Notes under the pieces: generated by a model
Told to the model about the DNA's origin: nothing
Database searches by the model: none
The model's input: only the letters and a program-made list of their open reading frames with translations
Shown: piece by piece, positions 1-10,472 of the stretch
How the letters are laid out: the number at the start of each line of letters is the position of its first letter
Numbering within the stretch: the first letter of the stretch is position 1
Assembly: GCA_963675595.2 (NCBI GenBank)
Contig: CAXXLZ010000002.1
Location: 2,944,001 to 3,008,000 of the forward strand
Source of the DNA: Thermodesulfobacteriota bacterium
Lineage (GTDB): Bacteria > Desulfobacterota > Desulfarculia > JACQYL01
Direction: 5' to 3'
DNA: 64,000 nt
Program-made: the position numbers and the translations under genes

Positions 1-348
1 AGCAACGCTCTTTTCGCTTCGCTCTTCGCCGCGGGACATGGGAGAGGGAAATCGAACCGCTCTTCCGGTCAATCGGGCATTGGTTTCCTCAAGTACTCCC
101 GATAACGAGGGAACCTCCTCACACGCTCGGGGCCTGGCGGCGTCCAAAGCGGTGCTTGGGCTCTCTCCCCAGGTGTAAATGGATTGCCCCAGTTGCGCCT
201 CGATGTTCCCGCCGTGGGCGGGTGCTCCCGACAGTACCAGAGCCAGGATAAGAATGGACCCGAGCAAAGAGGAGCCGGTCCATCCCATTCCATTGCCGAA
301 GGCGGCCCGTCGATGCATGGCCGATCCCTGACCCTCATGGTTTTTCAT
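1..348 (-). CDS. Putative exported protein, runs off left edge (partial)
   Basis: Manual translation from ATG at 348 (MKNHEGQGSAM...SLLGSILILALVLSGAPAHG) stays open to base 1; signal-peptide-like hydrophobic stretch; AGGGAG-like RBS upstream. Confidence 0.5.
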   Translation of the reverse strand, partial: MKNHEGQGSAMHRRAAFGNGMGWTGSSLLGSILILALVLSGAPAHGGNIEAQLGQSIYTWGESPSTALDAARPRACEEVPSLSGVLEETNARLTGRAVRFPSPMSRGEERSEKSVA

Positions 349-733
349 GCCGTCGTCTCCCTTTCCCGGCCCCCCGTTTTCCCGGGCCGTCTTGCGGAAC
401 CGTTTGAGTCGTTCTCCCATTCCCTTCTATGGAATCCTTTGTTTCTTCACGGTTTCCCGGGAACTGCAACAAAGTCGTCAAACAAACGTCAAGCCGATGT
501 CCTCACCGAACGCCCCCCGTTGTGCTAATAGACCGGGCCTGAAACGTCCGGTTGTTCCTAAGACCCTTCGGGAGGTCGGGAGGTTAAAAGACCGAACTTC
601 ACAGAAAACCACTAGAAACAACGGAAACCTGTTCGCGGACGTTTCTCAAGGATCCGTTCACAAGTCCGGCTCCCTTTGCGCGTATTTCCTCTCTTCGAAC
701 GCGCGACGCGGTTCCGCCACATTGAGGTGAATC

Positions 734-2059
734 TTGATCGAGCTCATTCGCAGCGCACGCAGGCTTTGGAAGAATCGAATTCCTTCACAGGCGGTCATTC
801 AGGTTACGGATCGCTGTAATGCCCGGTGCCCCCAATGCGGCATGCGGGTAACCGAAACCTTCCCCAGATCGACGCTGCCCATGGACGATCTCCGACGCAT
901 CATCGACCATGCGGCGGAAAAGGGTGTTCAGGTCATTTCCTTTACCGGAGGCGAACCTCTCCTGCTTCTGGAAGACGTGGCCGCCCTCATCCGCCATGCG
1001 GGTCGAGCAGGCATCCGGTTTATTCGAACGGGTACAAACGGCTTTCTGTTCGCCCGACCCGACAGTCCGGGATTTGAAGCCCGTGTTCGCCGAACGGTGG
1101 AAGCATTGGCGTCGACTCCTCTACGGAACTTCTGGATCAGTGTGGATTCCGCAGTGCCGGAAGTTCACGAGCGGATGAGAGGTTTTCCCGACGTAATTCG
1201 AGGCGTGGAAAAGGCGCTTCCCTATTTCCACGAAGCGGGACTCTACCCTTCCGCCAATCTGGGCATCAACCGTAACATGGCGGGTGATCCCGCCCTCTCG
1301 GGCCTGGACGGCTCCGGGCATTCGCCGGAAACATTCTATCACGCCTGCCGATCCGCGTTCCGTAGATTCTTCGACTTCGTCATCGATCTGGGATTTACCG
1401 CGGTGAACGTCTGCTACCCGATGAGCGTCGAGGAACCCGAGCGTGAAGCGGGGCTGAATGCCGTATACGGCGCCGCGGCCGCCGATCGGATCGTGCGTTT
1501 CTCTCGACGGGAAAAATCCGTTCTGTTCAAAGCCCTCGGCGACATGCTGCCCGAAGTTCGCCCTCGTATTCGGGCTTTCTCGCCGCTCTGTTCACTGCTG
1601 GCGCTGCACCGTCAATATGCGGACAACGGCGGTCCCGCGCCCAACCCGTGTCGAGGCGGGATCGATTTCTTTTTCATCGAAGCGGGAAGCGGTCATACCT
1701 ACCCCTGCGGATATCGGGGTCGAGAAAACCTGGGAAGATTCTGGGAACTGGATCCGGACCGCCTGGATCCGGACCGCCTGGATCCGGACGCGGCATCCTG
1801 CCTTTTGTGTGATTGGGAGTGCTTCAGGGATCCTTCGGAGCTGTTCAGCCCGTTACTACAGGTGATTGATTCTCCTTTTCGGACCGCCGCTCGGTGGAAA
1901 AACGATCCGGAATACCTGGCCGCATGGATTCACGATATGCGGTACTACTTCGCCTGCAACCTGTTCGACGGTCGAGTTCCCCCGGATTTCAAGCGCCTGA
2001 AGCGTTTCTCGCCTCAAAGTCGGGCGGAGAACCCAAGGTTCGTTGCTCAAAGCCTTTGA
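734..2059 (+). CDS. Radical SAM protein with C-terminal SPASM/twitch-like Cys motifs
   Basis: CNARCPQC (CxxxCxxC), FTGGEP motif, C-terminal CRGG...YPCG...CLLCDWEC. Confidence 0.85.
   Translation: MIELIRSARRLWKNRIPSQAVIQVTDRCNARCPQCGMRVTETFPRSTLPMDDLRRIIDHAAEKGVQVISFTGGEPLLLLEDVAALIRHAGRAGIRFIRTGTNGFLFARPDSPGFEARVRRTVEALASTPLRNFWISVDSAVPEVHERMRGFPDVIRGVEKALPYFHEAGLYPSANLGINRNMAGDPALSGLDGSGHSPETFYHACRSAFRRFFDFVIDLGFTAVNVCYPMSVEEPEREAGLNAVYGAAAADRIVRFSRREKSVLFKALGDMLPEVRPRIRAFSPLCSLLALHRQYADNGGPAPNPCRGGIDFFFIEAGSGHTYPCGYRGRENLGRFWELDPDRLDPDRLDPDAASCLLCDWECFRDPSELFSPLLQVIDSPFRTAARWKNDPEYLAAWIHDMRYYFACNLFDGRVPPDFKRLKRFSPQSRAENPRFVAQSL
1748..1792 (+). repeat. 15-bp in-frame tandem repeat (ctggatccggaccgc x ~3)
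   Basis: Seen directly; encodes LDPDR-LDPDR-LDPDA. Confidence 0.9.
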
Positions 2060-2321
2060 GGGAAACCGAGAGACCCCTTCGAAGTCCCTTCCCCTGCGCC
2101 GGAAGTCGGAGAACGGAAAGGGAAAGAGGCCGACACGTCGAAGGGGAGTATTTCTCAAAGAATAACACCCGACGAATCCTTCACTCCGAAAGGTGGGGCC
2201 GTCTGTGAGAAGCCGCCCAACCGTTCCCATCGGATTCGTCGGGTGTCGATTCCGCCGCCGTTTTTTGGGCCGCCGGCTTCGGCCGGCGGCTCCGGCGATA
2301 TGGCGGCCCGGCACTCCGATT

Positions 2322-3623
2322 TCAGAGCAGTTTCGCTCCCAGCTCCGCCACTTGGGAACGTTCCCCCTTCAACAGGGTGACATGCCCGGCCACTTCCTCG
2401 TCCTTGAGCTTTTCCACCAAGTAGGAAAGCCCGTTGCTGCTGGCATCCAAATAAGGATGATCGATCTGCTCGGGGTCCCCTGTAAATACGATCTTGCTGC
2501 CTTCCCCCACCCTGGTGATCAGCGTTTTCACCATGTTGGGGGTCAGGTTCTGGGCTTCGTCGCACAGGATGAACTGGCCTGGAATGCTTCTACCCCGAAT
2601 GTAGGTGAGCGCCTCCATCTCGAGAACGCCCCTGGCCGACAGATCCTCTAGGATCCCGTAGGGTTCCGAAGCGCTGTGAAACAAATATTCAAGATTATCG
2701 TAGATCGGCTGCATCCAGGGGCGCAGCTTCTCTTCTTTGGAACCCGGCAGATATCCCAGGTCGTTTCCTATGGGAATGACGGGACGAGTAATCAGGAAAC
2801 GGCTGTACTCGCCGTGCTCCACGACCTTTTCCATTCCCACGGCCAGGGCCAGGAGTGTTTTTCCCGTTCCTGCCGCTCCCACAAGAGTCACGACTTTCAC
2901 CGAGTCGTCCATGAGCAGGTCCAAGGCGAACTTCTGTTCCTTGTTCCGGGCTTTGATTCCCCAGGCACGGACGTTCTCGTTTTTCAGAGGGTACAGCATC
3001 TCCCGCAAATACCGACACAACGCGGACTGGGAGGGGTTCTCACCGTTCTTCAGCACGAAGAAGCGGTGAGGGGCCGGGACCATTTCTTCAGGCCAGGGCA
3101 GTTGCTCTTCTTTGAAAAACCGGTCCAGCTGCTCGGAAGTGACGTAGAGGTCCCCCGTCCCGGTGTAAAGTTGCGTGTAATCCACTTTGTCCGTAGTGAA
3201 ATCTTCGGCCTGAATTCCCAGCACGTCCGCTTTGATGCGCAGGTTCAGGTCTTTGGTCACGAGTATGACGGGTTCGTCCTTCACCAGGGCAAGATTGTAG
3301 GCCACGGACAAAATGCGATTGTCGTATTTCTCCGGGTCCAGCCCTTTGGGGAAACTCATGATTTCCTGATGGTTCAGCTCGATCTTGAGCCGTCCCTGGA
3401 CGGGCAAGGCCACTCCCTTGGAAAGATTGCCCAAACTGCGCATGGAGTCCAGATATTGGGAAACCATGCGGGCGTGACGTCCGATCTCGTCTTGGTCTTT
3501 CTTTCGGTTGTCGATTTCCTCGATTACGGCAAGGGGGATGACCACGTTGTTGTCTTTGAAGGAGAAAACGGATTGGGGATTATGAAGGAGTATATTTGTG
3601 TCCAATACATAAGTCTTGATCAT
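2322..3623 (-). CDS. phoH: PIN domain-PhoH family ATPase (PhoH2/YlaK-like)
   Basis: N-terminal YVLDTNILL PIN motif, Walker A GAAGTGKT, YIRGRS, DEAQN, GDPEQID. Confidence 0.92.
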   Translation of the reverse strand: MIKTYVLDTNILLHNPQSVFSFKDNNVVIPLAVIEEIDNRKKDQDEIGRHARMVSQYLDSMRSLGNLSKGVALPVQGRLKIELNHQEIMSFPKGLDPEKYDNRILSVAYNLALVKDEPVILVTKDLNLRIKADVLGIQAEDFTTDKVDYTQLYTGTGDLYVTSEQLDRFFKEEQLPWPEEMVPAPHRFFVLKNGENPSQSALCRYLREMLYPLKNENVRAWGIKARNKEQKFALDLLMDDSVKVVTLVGAAGTGKTLLALAVGMEKVVEHGEYSRFLITRPVIPIGNDLGYLPGSKEEKLRPWMQPIYDNLEYLFHSASEPYGILEDLSARGVLEMEALTYIRGRSIPGQFILCDEAQNLTPNMVKTLITRVGEGSKIVFTGDPEQIDHPYLDASSNGLSYLVEKLKDEEVAGHVTLLKGERSQVAELGAKLL

Positions 3624-4234
3624 TTATCTTTTCCGTTCCGTGAAAGATTGGAAGTGAACAGATAAAGTATGAAATCGTTTAGGCGGGCCGCCGAGTGAAG
3701 TTCAGCAGAAGACCGGGATGGATCGAAAACATGAGCTACCCTTGCATGGGTGGGAAGGTAAACCGAAAGGAAGAAGACCGCCCCGAAGGAACGACCGACT
3801 CGATTTCGCCGACGCTCCTCGGCTTGAGGTGGAAAACAAGGGGCGGTTCCGTCCGCTCGGGATTGGGACGATGCGGCCGTTGAATATTGTGCCGACCCTC
3901 CCAATAGGCGTTTCGGCACATCAACCCTGGAAGAGACCCCGCGTCCATGGGACTGCGGCCTTTCACGGGTCCGCCGAGTTTTCTCCGGCGTGGGGCTTGG
4001 GAATAATTCGCGGGAACGGGTAAGAAGCGGAAAAGCAGAGGCTGGAAGCGGGTTCACGAAAAGCCGCCCACCCGGCACTTCGGGCCGACCTTCTAAGACC
4101 ATCAAATTATTACCGCAGCCGGCAAGCGAAAGCAAAAGGAATTCGCTTTCAACAGAGAAGATATCATACCGCTCCCGCGTTTGGGACTGGCTAAACGGAT
4201 ATGGGACGACGTTCTTCACGCCTCGTCGGGGAAT

Positions 4235-6694
4235 TCAGACGGCCTCTGCAAAAACGGGCGGTTCATCCGCCTGAACCTCGGGAAATCGTCCTTGATACAT
4301 CTCCCAAGTCTCGTCGAACGCCTGCTCGAAGGACCTATCTTCCATGTATTTCCTCGCGGCTTTGCCCATTTCCCTCAGGCGAAGGGGGTTTCGGATTAGA
4401 CCGTTCAAGCCCTCCAGGAGAGCGGTGCCGTCGTCGCCCCGAACCACGATGCCCGTTTTGCCCTGGATGACGTTTTCCTGAGGCCCCCCCAGATCCGTGA
4501 CCACCACGGGAATGCCCGAAGCCTGGGCTTCCAGCACGACGTTCCCGAACGTATCGGTCGTACTGGGAAACACGAACAGATCACACGAAGCGTAGAGCCT
4601 AGCCAGGGGCTCGCCTTTCAAGTACCCGGTGAAGATGCAGGGCAATCCTTTCAGTTCCTTCTTCATACCTTCCATGTACGGTCCGTCCCCCGCGAGGATG
4701 AGGGAAAGATTGTCCATCCGGGTCGCCAGAGTTCTGAAGACCTCGGCCAGAAGATGCAGGTTCTTCTCCTTGGAAATCCGGCCCACATAAAGCAGCTTGA
4801 TCCGGTCCGGCTCCACGTATTTCCGAATGAATTCCGGGTCCTTACGAGAGGGATGGAAGCGCTCGATGTCGATTCCCCGGGGAATGACTCGTATCTTTTG
4901 GGGAGAAATACCTTTGGAGATGAGCTCGTCCCCCGTACTTTTCGATGGAACGTACACGACCTTCAACTGGTCGTAGTACCAGACGACATACTTCCACATC
5001 AGGTCTTCAATGAGGTAGTCCTTGGTTAGATAACGCGCGTATTGGGGAAGCGAGGTGTGGTAGGTCCCGCTGATGGGCAATTTGAGGATTTTCGCGGCTC
5101 CCAACGCCGCCAAACCTATGGGACCGGGTGTGGCCGTGTTGATGTGAGTGAACTGATTTTCGAAACAGTAGTTGAGTATTTCCAGAAAAGGAGGTGAGAA
5201 GAGCTTTTGCTCCGGGTATTCGGGAAGCTCATACGTGGCGATGGGCGTGAAATTGCACACACCGGCCTGCTCGTCGTGCTCCTTCACGTCGCATGTGATC
5301 ACCGAGTATTCCTTCCCGGTCTTCCTGGCCAATTGAAGTTGCTGCTGAAGGGTCAATGCGACGCCGTTCACCTCATAGAACGTATCGGTGAAATGGGCGA
5401 TCCTGGCCTGGGAGACGTCGGTACGAACACCGCCGACTCTCCCGAAACGAGCGGCGATGCGCTTGGTTAGCTGCCGATCTTTGGCAAACAGGGAGAAGGA
5501 TACAAAATAAGGGGCGAGCATGGAATAGAGAGTCCCCGCCGATCCTATCGTGCTGAATATGTTGAAAATATTTCCACCCGAGAGGTGTCCCATGAGATGA
5601 TCGCCGAAGTGGAGAAGCACCCGGTTGGAAATCTGATTCACGAACTCAAACCATTTCTGTTCCAGTTCCACGCCGCTTCCGTTGCGGCCGCCGACCAGCT
5701 TCATCAGTTTGGGGTCGTCCGCGAGGAGCTTGTGGCCTTCCCGTCGAAGCACCTGTTGAATGCTTCCGGCCTTACCGCCCGTCTTGGGCTTTTTCCGGTA
5801 GTTCCAGTAATAGTAGAGCTTTGACAGCATACCGGGCTCCTGGTCCACCTTTCCGTGCAGAATCCGGTCCAGAAAGCGGAGGAGACGATCCCACTGGAGA
5901 TGGCGATCCAGATCAAACCGGTGTTTGTAGAACTGGTAGGCGATCCCATAAAGGTTGTGGGAGAGGGTCAAAGGCGTCGAGGCCTTGCCGTGTGTACGGG
6001 ATCCGCCGTTGAGGACTCCCGCGAAAAATTCATCGAGGCCGCCCGCACCCGCCACTTGGGTGAAGTTGCGGGCCACGTTCAGGGAACTGTGGTCGTCGGA
6101 GCCGGCAACGAGGTTTTTCTTCCAGGGTTCGGGGAAACGGGGTTCGATCCCGTGCCGATCCGCCAGTTCCGCGATGATTTCCGGGGCCAGTCCATCCAGA
6201 ATCGTGCGAAGAATCTGATTCTGCCACTCGTCCCGTGCTCCGTTCAGCTCGAAATTCTTGAACAGCAGAAGCATCTTTTCGAAATGCTGCACGGTGAGCC
6301 TGTCGTTTACCGAATACAGCGGATGGGCGAGGACATGGACAATGCCCTCTTTTTGCAGGTACTCCACCAAGTCGAAAACATTGGGCCGCGCCTTCTGGAT
6401 ATCCTCATACCGTCTCTCGTCGATGTTATATACCAGGACGTGGACCTTGCAGTTGTCTTCCGGGAAATAACTGGTGGCTTCCATGCCGACGAACGTACCG
6501 GGCAAGTGGGCGATTTCAAGAGCGCCGGAAATGGAATTGTGGTCGGTGATGGTCACCAACGACATGCCTCTTTCCTTGGCGATTTTGTACACCTGTGCGG
6601 GGTCCGTGAAACTCTCCGGACATCCCAGCTTCTGCAGGACCCATTGGGAAGGCCTGGTGGAATACTTGGAGTGAACGTGCAGGTCGATCTTCAT
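4235..6694 (-). CDS. PHP-domain / GT4 glycosyltransferase fusion
   Basis: N-terminal DLHVHS, ITDHN, GSDDH (PHP); C-terminal YVGRISKEKN and DTFGNVVLEAQASG (GT4); start placed at MKIDLHVHS. Confidence 0.85.
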   Translation of the reverse strand: MKIDLHVHSKYSTRPSQWVLQKLGCPESFTDPAQVYKIAKERGMSLVTITDHNSISGALEIAHLPGTFVGMEATSYFPEDNCKVHVLVYNIDERRYEDIQKARPNVFDLVEYLQKEGIVHVLAHPLYSVNDRLTVQHFEKMLLLFKNFELNGARDEWQNQILRTILDGLAPEIIAELADRHGIEPRFPEPWKKNLVAGSDDHSSLNVARNFTQVAGAGGLDEFFAGVLNGGSRTHGKASTPLTLSHNLYGIAYQFYKHRFDLDRHLQWDRLLRFLDRILHGKVDQEPGMLSKLYYYWNYRKKPKTGGKAGSIQQVLRREGHKLLADDPKLMKLVGGRNGSGVELEQKWFEFVNQISNRVLLHFGDHLMGHLSGGNIFNIFSTIGSAGTLYSMLAPYFVSFSLFAKDRQLTKRIAARFGRVGGVRTDVSQARIAHFTDTFYEVNGVALTLQQQLQLARKTGKEYSVITCDVKEHDEQAGVCNFTPIATYELPEYPEQKLFSPPFLEILNYCFENQFTHINTATPGPIGLAALGAAKILKLPISGTYHTSLPQYARYLTKDYLIEDLMWKYVVWYYDQLKVVYVPSKSTGDELISKGISPQKIRVIPRGIDIERFHPSRKDPEFIRKYVEPDRIKLLYVGRISKEKNLHLLAEVFRTLATRMDNLSLILAGDGPYMEGMKKELKGLPCIFTGYLKGEPLARLYASCDLFVFPSTTDTFGNVVLEAQASGIPVVVTDLGGPQENVIQGKTGIVVRGDDGTALLEGLNGLIRNPLRLREMGKAARKYMEDRSFEQAFDETWEMYQGRFPEVQADEPPVFAEAV

Positions 6695-7295
6695 GACAGC
6701 CCTTTCAGCATGTGGAGTTCCATGCACGCCCCGGCGCTTGAATCTTTGACGCGGAAGACGCACGAGGCATCAGGATCCTCGTCTTCGGCTCGGGGCGGAA
6801 CTCCTTCTTCTGTGTAAACGGATTCCGGTTGCGCTTCGATCGGTTCACAAATCCCTGGGAAGGATACGGATCAGCCTGCCGGCCTCAGGAGCCCAAGAGC
6901 CTCGAAAGTTCGGGGCGTGCGCCCGTCTACGATCCCGTGGTCAAACGCGTGAACGTTTGTTGAACTCTATTTTGGCTGCGACATGTAATGGAGCGATTTG
7001 ACGATGGTGTTTCGATTGTCGGAATATTCGAAGGAGGGCTGTTTTTTTCAGTGCGTGAGAGAAGACAAAACTCTGTTGTGCCTTCAAGACGCTATGGTTG
7101 GATTGGAGTGAAGAAAAGGAGCGAATTACCGCGGAGACGCCAAAGTTTAGGGTCTAAGTCTTGAACCCACGGTTTTGAAATCAAAAAGAGGAAAGATCGG
7201 ATTCGAGAACATGCGAACACATGGTGAAACCATGCTTCGACACGAGTTGAAGTCGATGGCTTCACAGTATGGTTATTGCGCTCAGGACCGAGCTT

Positions 7296-7496
7296 TCAGG
7301 GCTTTCCGTCCGGGAACGTCTTGCAGCTCTCATACCATAGACACTGCGTCTCTCCGCAAAGCTGAACCCTTTCGGTGAAAAAGCAGGGCACGTTCCCTTC
7401 CCGTTCTTGTATGGTTCTGATCAAATCCACCTTTTTCATGCCCCAGCAGTTGATCCCCAAGCCTTTGGCCATCCGCTGCACTTCTTTCATTTTCAC
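7296..7496 (-). CDS. Small SAP/Rho-N-like domain protein with Cys-rich tail
   Basis: MKEVQRMAKGLGI...KKVDLIRTIQEREGNVPCF...C...CLW...C pattern. Confidence 0.7.
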   Translation of the reverse strand: MKMKEVQRMAKGLGINCWGMKKVDLIRTIQEREGNVPCFFTERVQLCGETQCLWYESCKTFPDGKP

Positions 7497-7883
7497 GGCG
7501 GCAACCTCTCTCATCCGTTTCTTCCTATAAATGGCATAATTCGAAGAATTCGCGGAGACATTGATCCAAGACTACATGATCGGTATTCAGTTCACCGTAG
7601 CGTCTACGGAACACTGCAAGTTGAACTTCACCAACTAGTTTCACTGAATCATGAGGACAAGTCAAGCGGAGAACGGCCGGGCGGCCGCCCCATGAACGAT
7701 GGGGCCTTGCCGGATGTAGGGTTTCCGAAGCACCGGAATTCTTCGTGGATACCGGAAGACGGCGTCGCCGGGGACGACCATCGGAGATTTGAGTCTTCCG
7801 AAGGGCATCCCGGCCGGGCGCCTTACCCCGCCGCACGGGAATTCTCTTCGACGGAAGCGCCGTCGAAGAGAATTGACGGCGGT

Positions 7884-8399
7884 TCAGGTCAATGCCGCAA
7901 GAGCTTCGGTTTCCGCTGCGCCCATCACGCGATCGATGTCCAGCAGGATAATGACCATTTTGTCCATCTTGGCCATGCTCATGATGAAATCGGTTTCCAG
8001 CCTGCTTCCAAAGGTCGGAGGGGGCTCCATCTGGTCGGCCTTGAGATTGACCACCTCCCGAACCGAATCCACCACGATCCCCATCTGGAGAGAGCCCTCT
8101 TTGCCGCCCGACACTTCCACCACGATGATACATGTGCGGGCGTCATACTCTTTGGCGGGCATGCCGAACTTAAGGCGGAGGTCCACTACGGGAATCACCT
8201 TACCCCGCAGGTTGATCACACCTTTCACATAATCCGGCGTTTGGGGAATGGACGTGATGTCCATCATCCCTATAATTTCTTTGATCTTCAGGATATCAAT
8301 CCCATAGACCTCATCCGAGAGCGTAAAAGTAAGGTACTTTCCCTCTTTCGACGAGACTTTCGCGGGCGTCTTTTCGGCGAGGGCCGCCTCGTTCGCCAT
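7884..8399 (-). CDS. cheW: Chemotaxis coupling protein CheW
   Basis: KYLTFTL, GVINLRGKVIPVVDLRLKFG, GIVVDSVREV. Confidence 0.95.
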   Translation of the reverse strand: MANEAALAEKTPAKVSSKEGKYLTFTLSDEVYGIDILKIKEIIGMMDITSIPQTPDYVKGVINLRGKVIPVVDLRLKFGMPAKEYDARTCIIVVEVSGGKEGSLQMGIVVDSVREVVNLKADQMEPPPTFGSRLETDFIMSMAKMDKMVIILLDIDRVMGAAETEALAALT

Positions 8400-8686
8400 T
8401 CCCATCCTCCTTTGCCCGGCCGCCGGACCGATATGATTGAGGCTTCGTCCCGGGGCGCGCTCCTGATGGTTAATCTATCGAGTGTACCTGGAGAATTTCC
8501 AAAAAGGATGACTCCCGACGAACCTTCCGATGGCTGCACGGTTCCGATTCGCCCGGATGACCGGAAAAACACCGGCACGTCCGCCAACCGTCCAAGAAAC
8601 ATGCGCCGCTTTTCGGAGACTTGAATATGGCCTCCATCTTACGACATAGCCTTGTTCGAGGTCTCATATCAAGCGCATTTTGGCAC

Positions 8687-9847
8687 TTATGAGCATTCCA
8701 GCGTACCTGCGCGACGCAGGATGGAACGCCCGTAACGATCCCGAATCCGATCCACCGCCTTTTCCAGCTCCGGCCCGCCCTGGTCCGCTCCCTCCCAGAA
8801 GTATCGGTCCGACGGTTCCTGAAAGCCGGAAACGCCGACCCCCGTTAGACGAAGTGGGACCTCCGGCGGCCGTTCCTCCAGCAAGGTCAGTGCGGTCCTG
8901 AAAATCACGGCCGTCTCGTCCGTGTATCCGGCCAGAGTGCGACTTCGGGTCTGCAAGGTGAAATCGGCTCGTTTGAGCTTAAGCGTGACGGTTCTGCCTT
9001 TGAGTTCCTTGCGCCTCAGCCTCTCCGCCACCCGTTCCGACTGATGCAAAATCCATTTCCGGAGATCGCCGGGATCCAGCACATCCCGTCCGAAGGTGTT
9101 CTCGGCGCTCACGGATTTGCTGCGATGGACGGGCTCCAGTTCCTCTTCCTCCTCACCCCTGGCCATGCGGAGTAGTCTTTCACCCCATTTCCCGAAACGG
9201 GAACGAATCACGGCTTCGGACAGGGCCGGCAAGTCGCCCGCCGTTACCACACCCAGCAGCTCCAATTGCGCCAACGCCCGTTTCCCCACCCCGGGCAACA
9301 ACCGGACCGGCAGCGAGGCGATGAAATCGTGGGTTTCCTCCGGGGGAACACAGGTGAGTCCGTCGGGTTTGCAGAGACCGCAGGCGATCTTGGAAAGAAA
9401 TTTCAGAGAAGCAATGCCGACCGAGCAGGTGACCCCCCCGACTTCCCGAATCCGTCTTTTTGCCTCCTCGGCGGCATTCACAGGATCTCCCCAGACATGA
9501 TGCATGCCGCTCAGGTCCAGGTAGGCCTCGTCGATGGAAACCTGTTCGACCACGGGAGAAATGCCGTCGAGGACCTCCATAATCCGTTCGGAAACCCGAA
9601 CATAGCGGTCCATTCGAACGGGAAGCACCACGGCGTCGGGACAGCGCCGCACGGCGAGAAACATGGGCATGGCGGAATGCACACCGAACTTGCGTGCTTC
9701 ATAAGAAGCCGCGGAAACCACGCCCCTTTCCCGCCCCCCCACGATAACGGGCCGCCCGCGGAGTTCGGGGTGATCGGCCTGTTCTACGGAGGCGTAGAAC
9801 GCGTCCATGTCCACGTGCATGATGATGGGCGATTTCAATGAAACCAT
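8687..9847 (-). CDS. dinB: DNA polymerase IV
   Basis: HVDMDAFYASVE, SYEARKFGV, SIDEAYLD. Confidence 0.95.
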   Translation of the reverse strand: MVSLKSPIIMHVDMDAFYASVEQADHPELRGRPVIVGGRERGVVSAASYEARKFGVHSAMPMFLAVRRCPDAVVLPVRMDRYVRVSERIMEVLDGISPVVEQVSIDEAYLDLSGMHHVWGDPVNAAEEAKRRIREVGGVTCSVGIASLKFLSKIACGLCKPDGLTCVPPEETHDFIASLPVRLLPGVGKRALAQLELLGVVTAGDLPALSEAVIRSRFGKWGERLLRMARGEEEEELEPVHRSKSVSAENTFGRDVLDPGDLRKWILHQSERVAERLRRKELKGRTVTLKLKRADFTLQTRSRTLAGYTDETAVIFRTALTLLEERPPEVPLRLTGVGVSGFQEPSDRYFWEGADQGGPELEKAVDRIRDRYGRSILRRAGTLECS

Positions 9848-10114
9848 CCCGAACCGCGTGGGTGAATAAGCGATGTTTCCCGCCGTGGCAACGGCGGAAC
9901 CGAGGATACCTGCATGCTAAACGAGAGGCGCATGCCTAGTCAAGAAAGGGAGTTTCATATTTGCACATTAACAGGGAACGAATTCCCGTTTATACGCTAT
10001 ATCGGCTTGCCTGCCCCCACCCTCGGCGATCCTGAAGCCAACACCGTATTCATCCCACGCAGGCGGGCCGGTAAGAACTCAAGGGCCGTGAGCATAATAC
10101 CCGTCGGAAACAAC

Positions 10115-10179
10115 TTGACACCTGAACGGAATTCCGCATAAAGTTTGGCGTGCCGAATAGAGTTATGGAGTCCAAAACT
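10115..10179 (+). promoter_or_regulatory. sigma70-like feo promoter with palindromic operator(s), candidate DtxR/MntR-type boxes
   Basis: TTGACA (10115-10120), 18 nt, TAAAGT; imperfect palindromes tttggcgtgccgaa (10144-10157) and agttatggagtccaaaact (10161-10179). Confidence 0.5.
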
Positions 10180-10235
10180 TCGGCACGGGGGTTTCGCCCC
10201 CAACCACATCTTTTCCCATCAGGAGGTTTTCCATC

Positions 10236-10469
10236 ATGGCCCAAATTCCCATGAGGCGGCTCAAACAGGGGCAATCCGCCGTCATTGCCTCAATTTCGGC
10301 ACAGGGCGAACTCGGCCGACGCATCCGAGACATGGGTCTCAATCCCGGCACCTCGGTCAAGATACAAGGGAGGGCTCCCCTCAACGACCCCGTGGCACTC
10401 CGCGTGCGGGGTTTTACTTTGACGCTCAGAAACAGCGAAGCGGATTTCATCCTGGTGGAGGTGGAATAG
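10236..10469 (+). CDS. feoA: Ferrous iron transport protein A
   Basis: RIRDMGLNPG...APLNDP...LTLRNSEA; directly upstream of feoB. Confidence 0.93.
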   Translation: MAQIPMRRLKQGQSAVIASISAQGELGRRIRDMGLNPGTSVKIQGRAPLNDPVALRVRGFTLTLRNSEADFILVEVE

Positions 10470-10472
10470 ACC

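Noticed and set aside
9850-10100. LexA box upstream of dinB
   Set aside because: Short palindromes are present but none matches a consensus I can assign confidently
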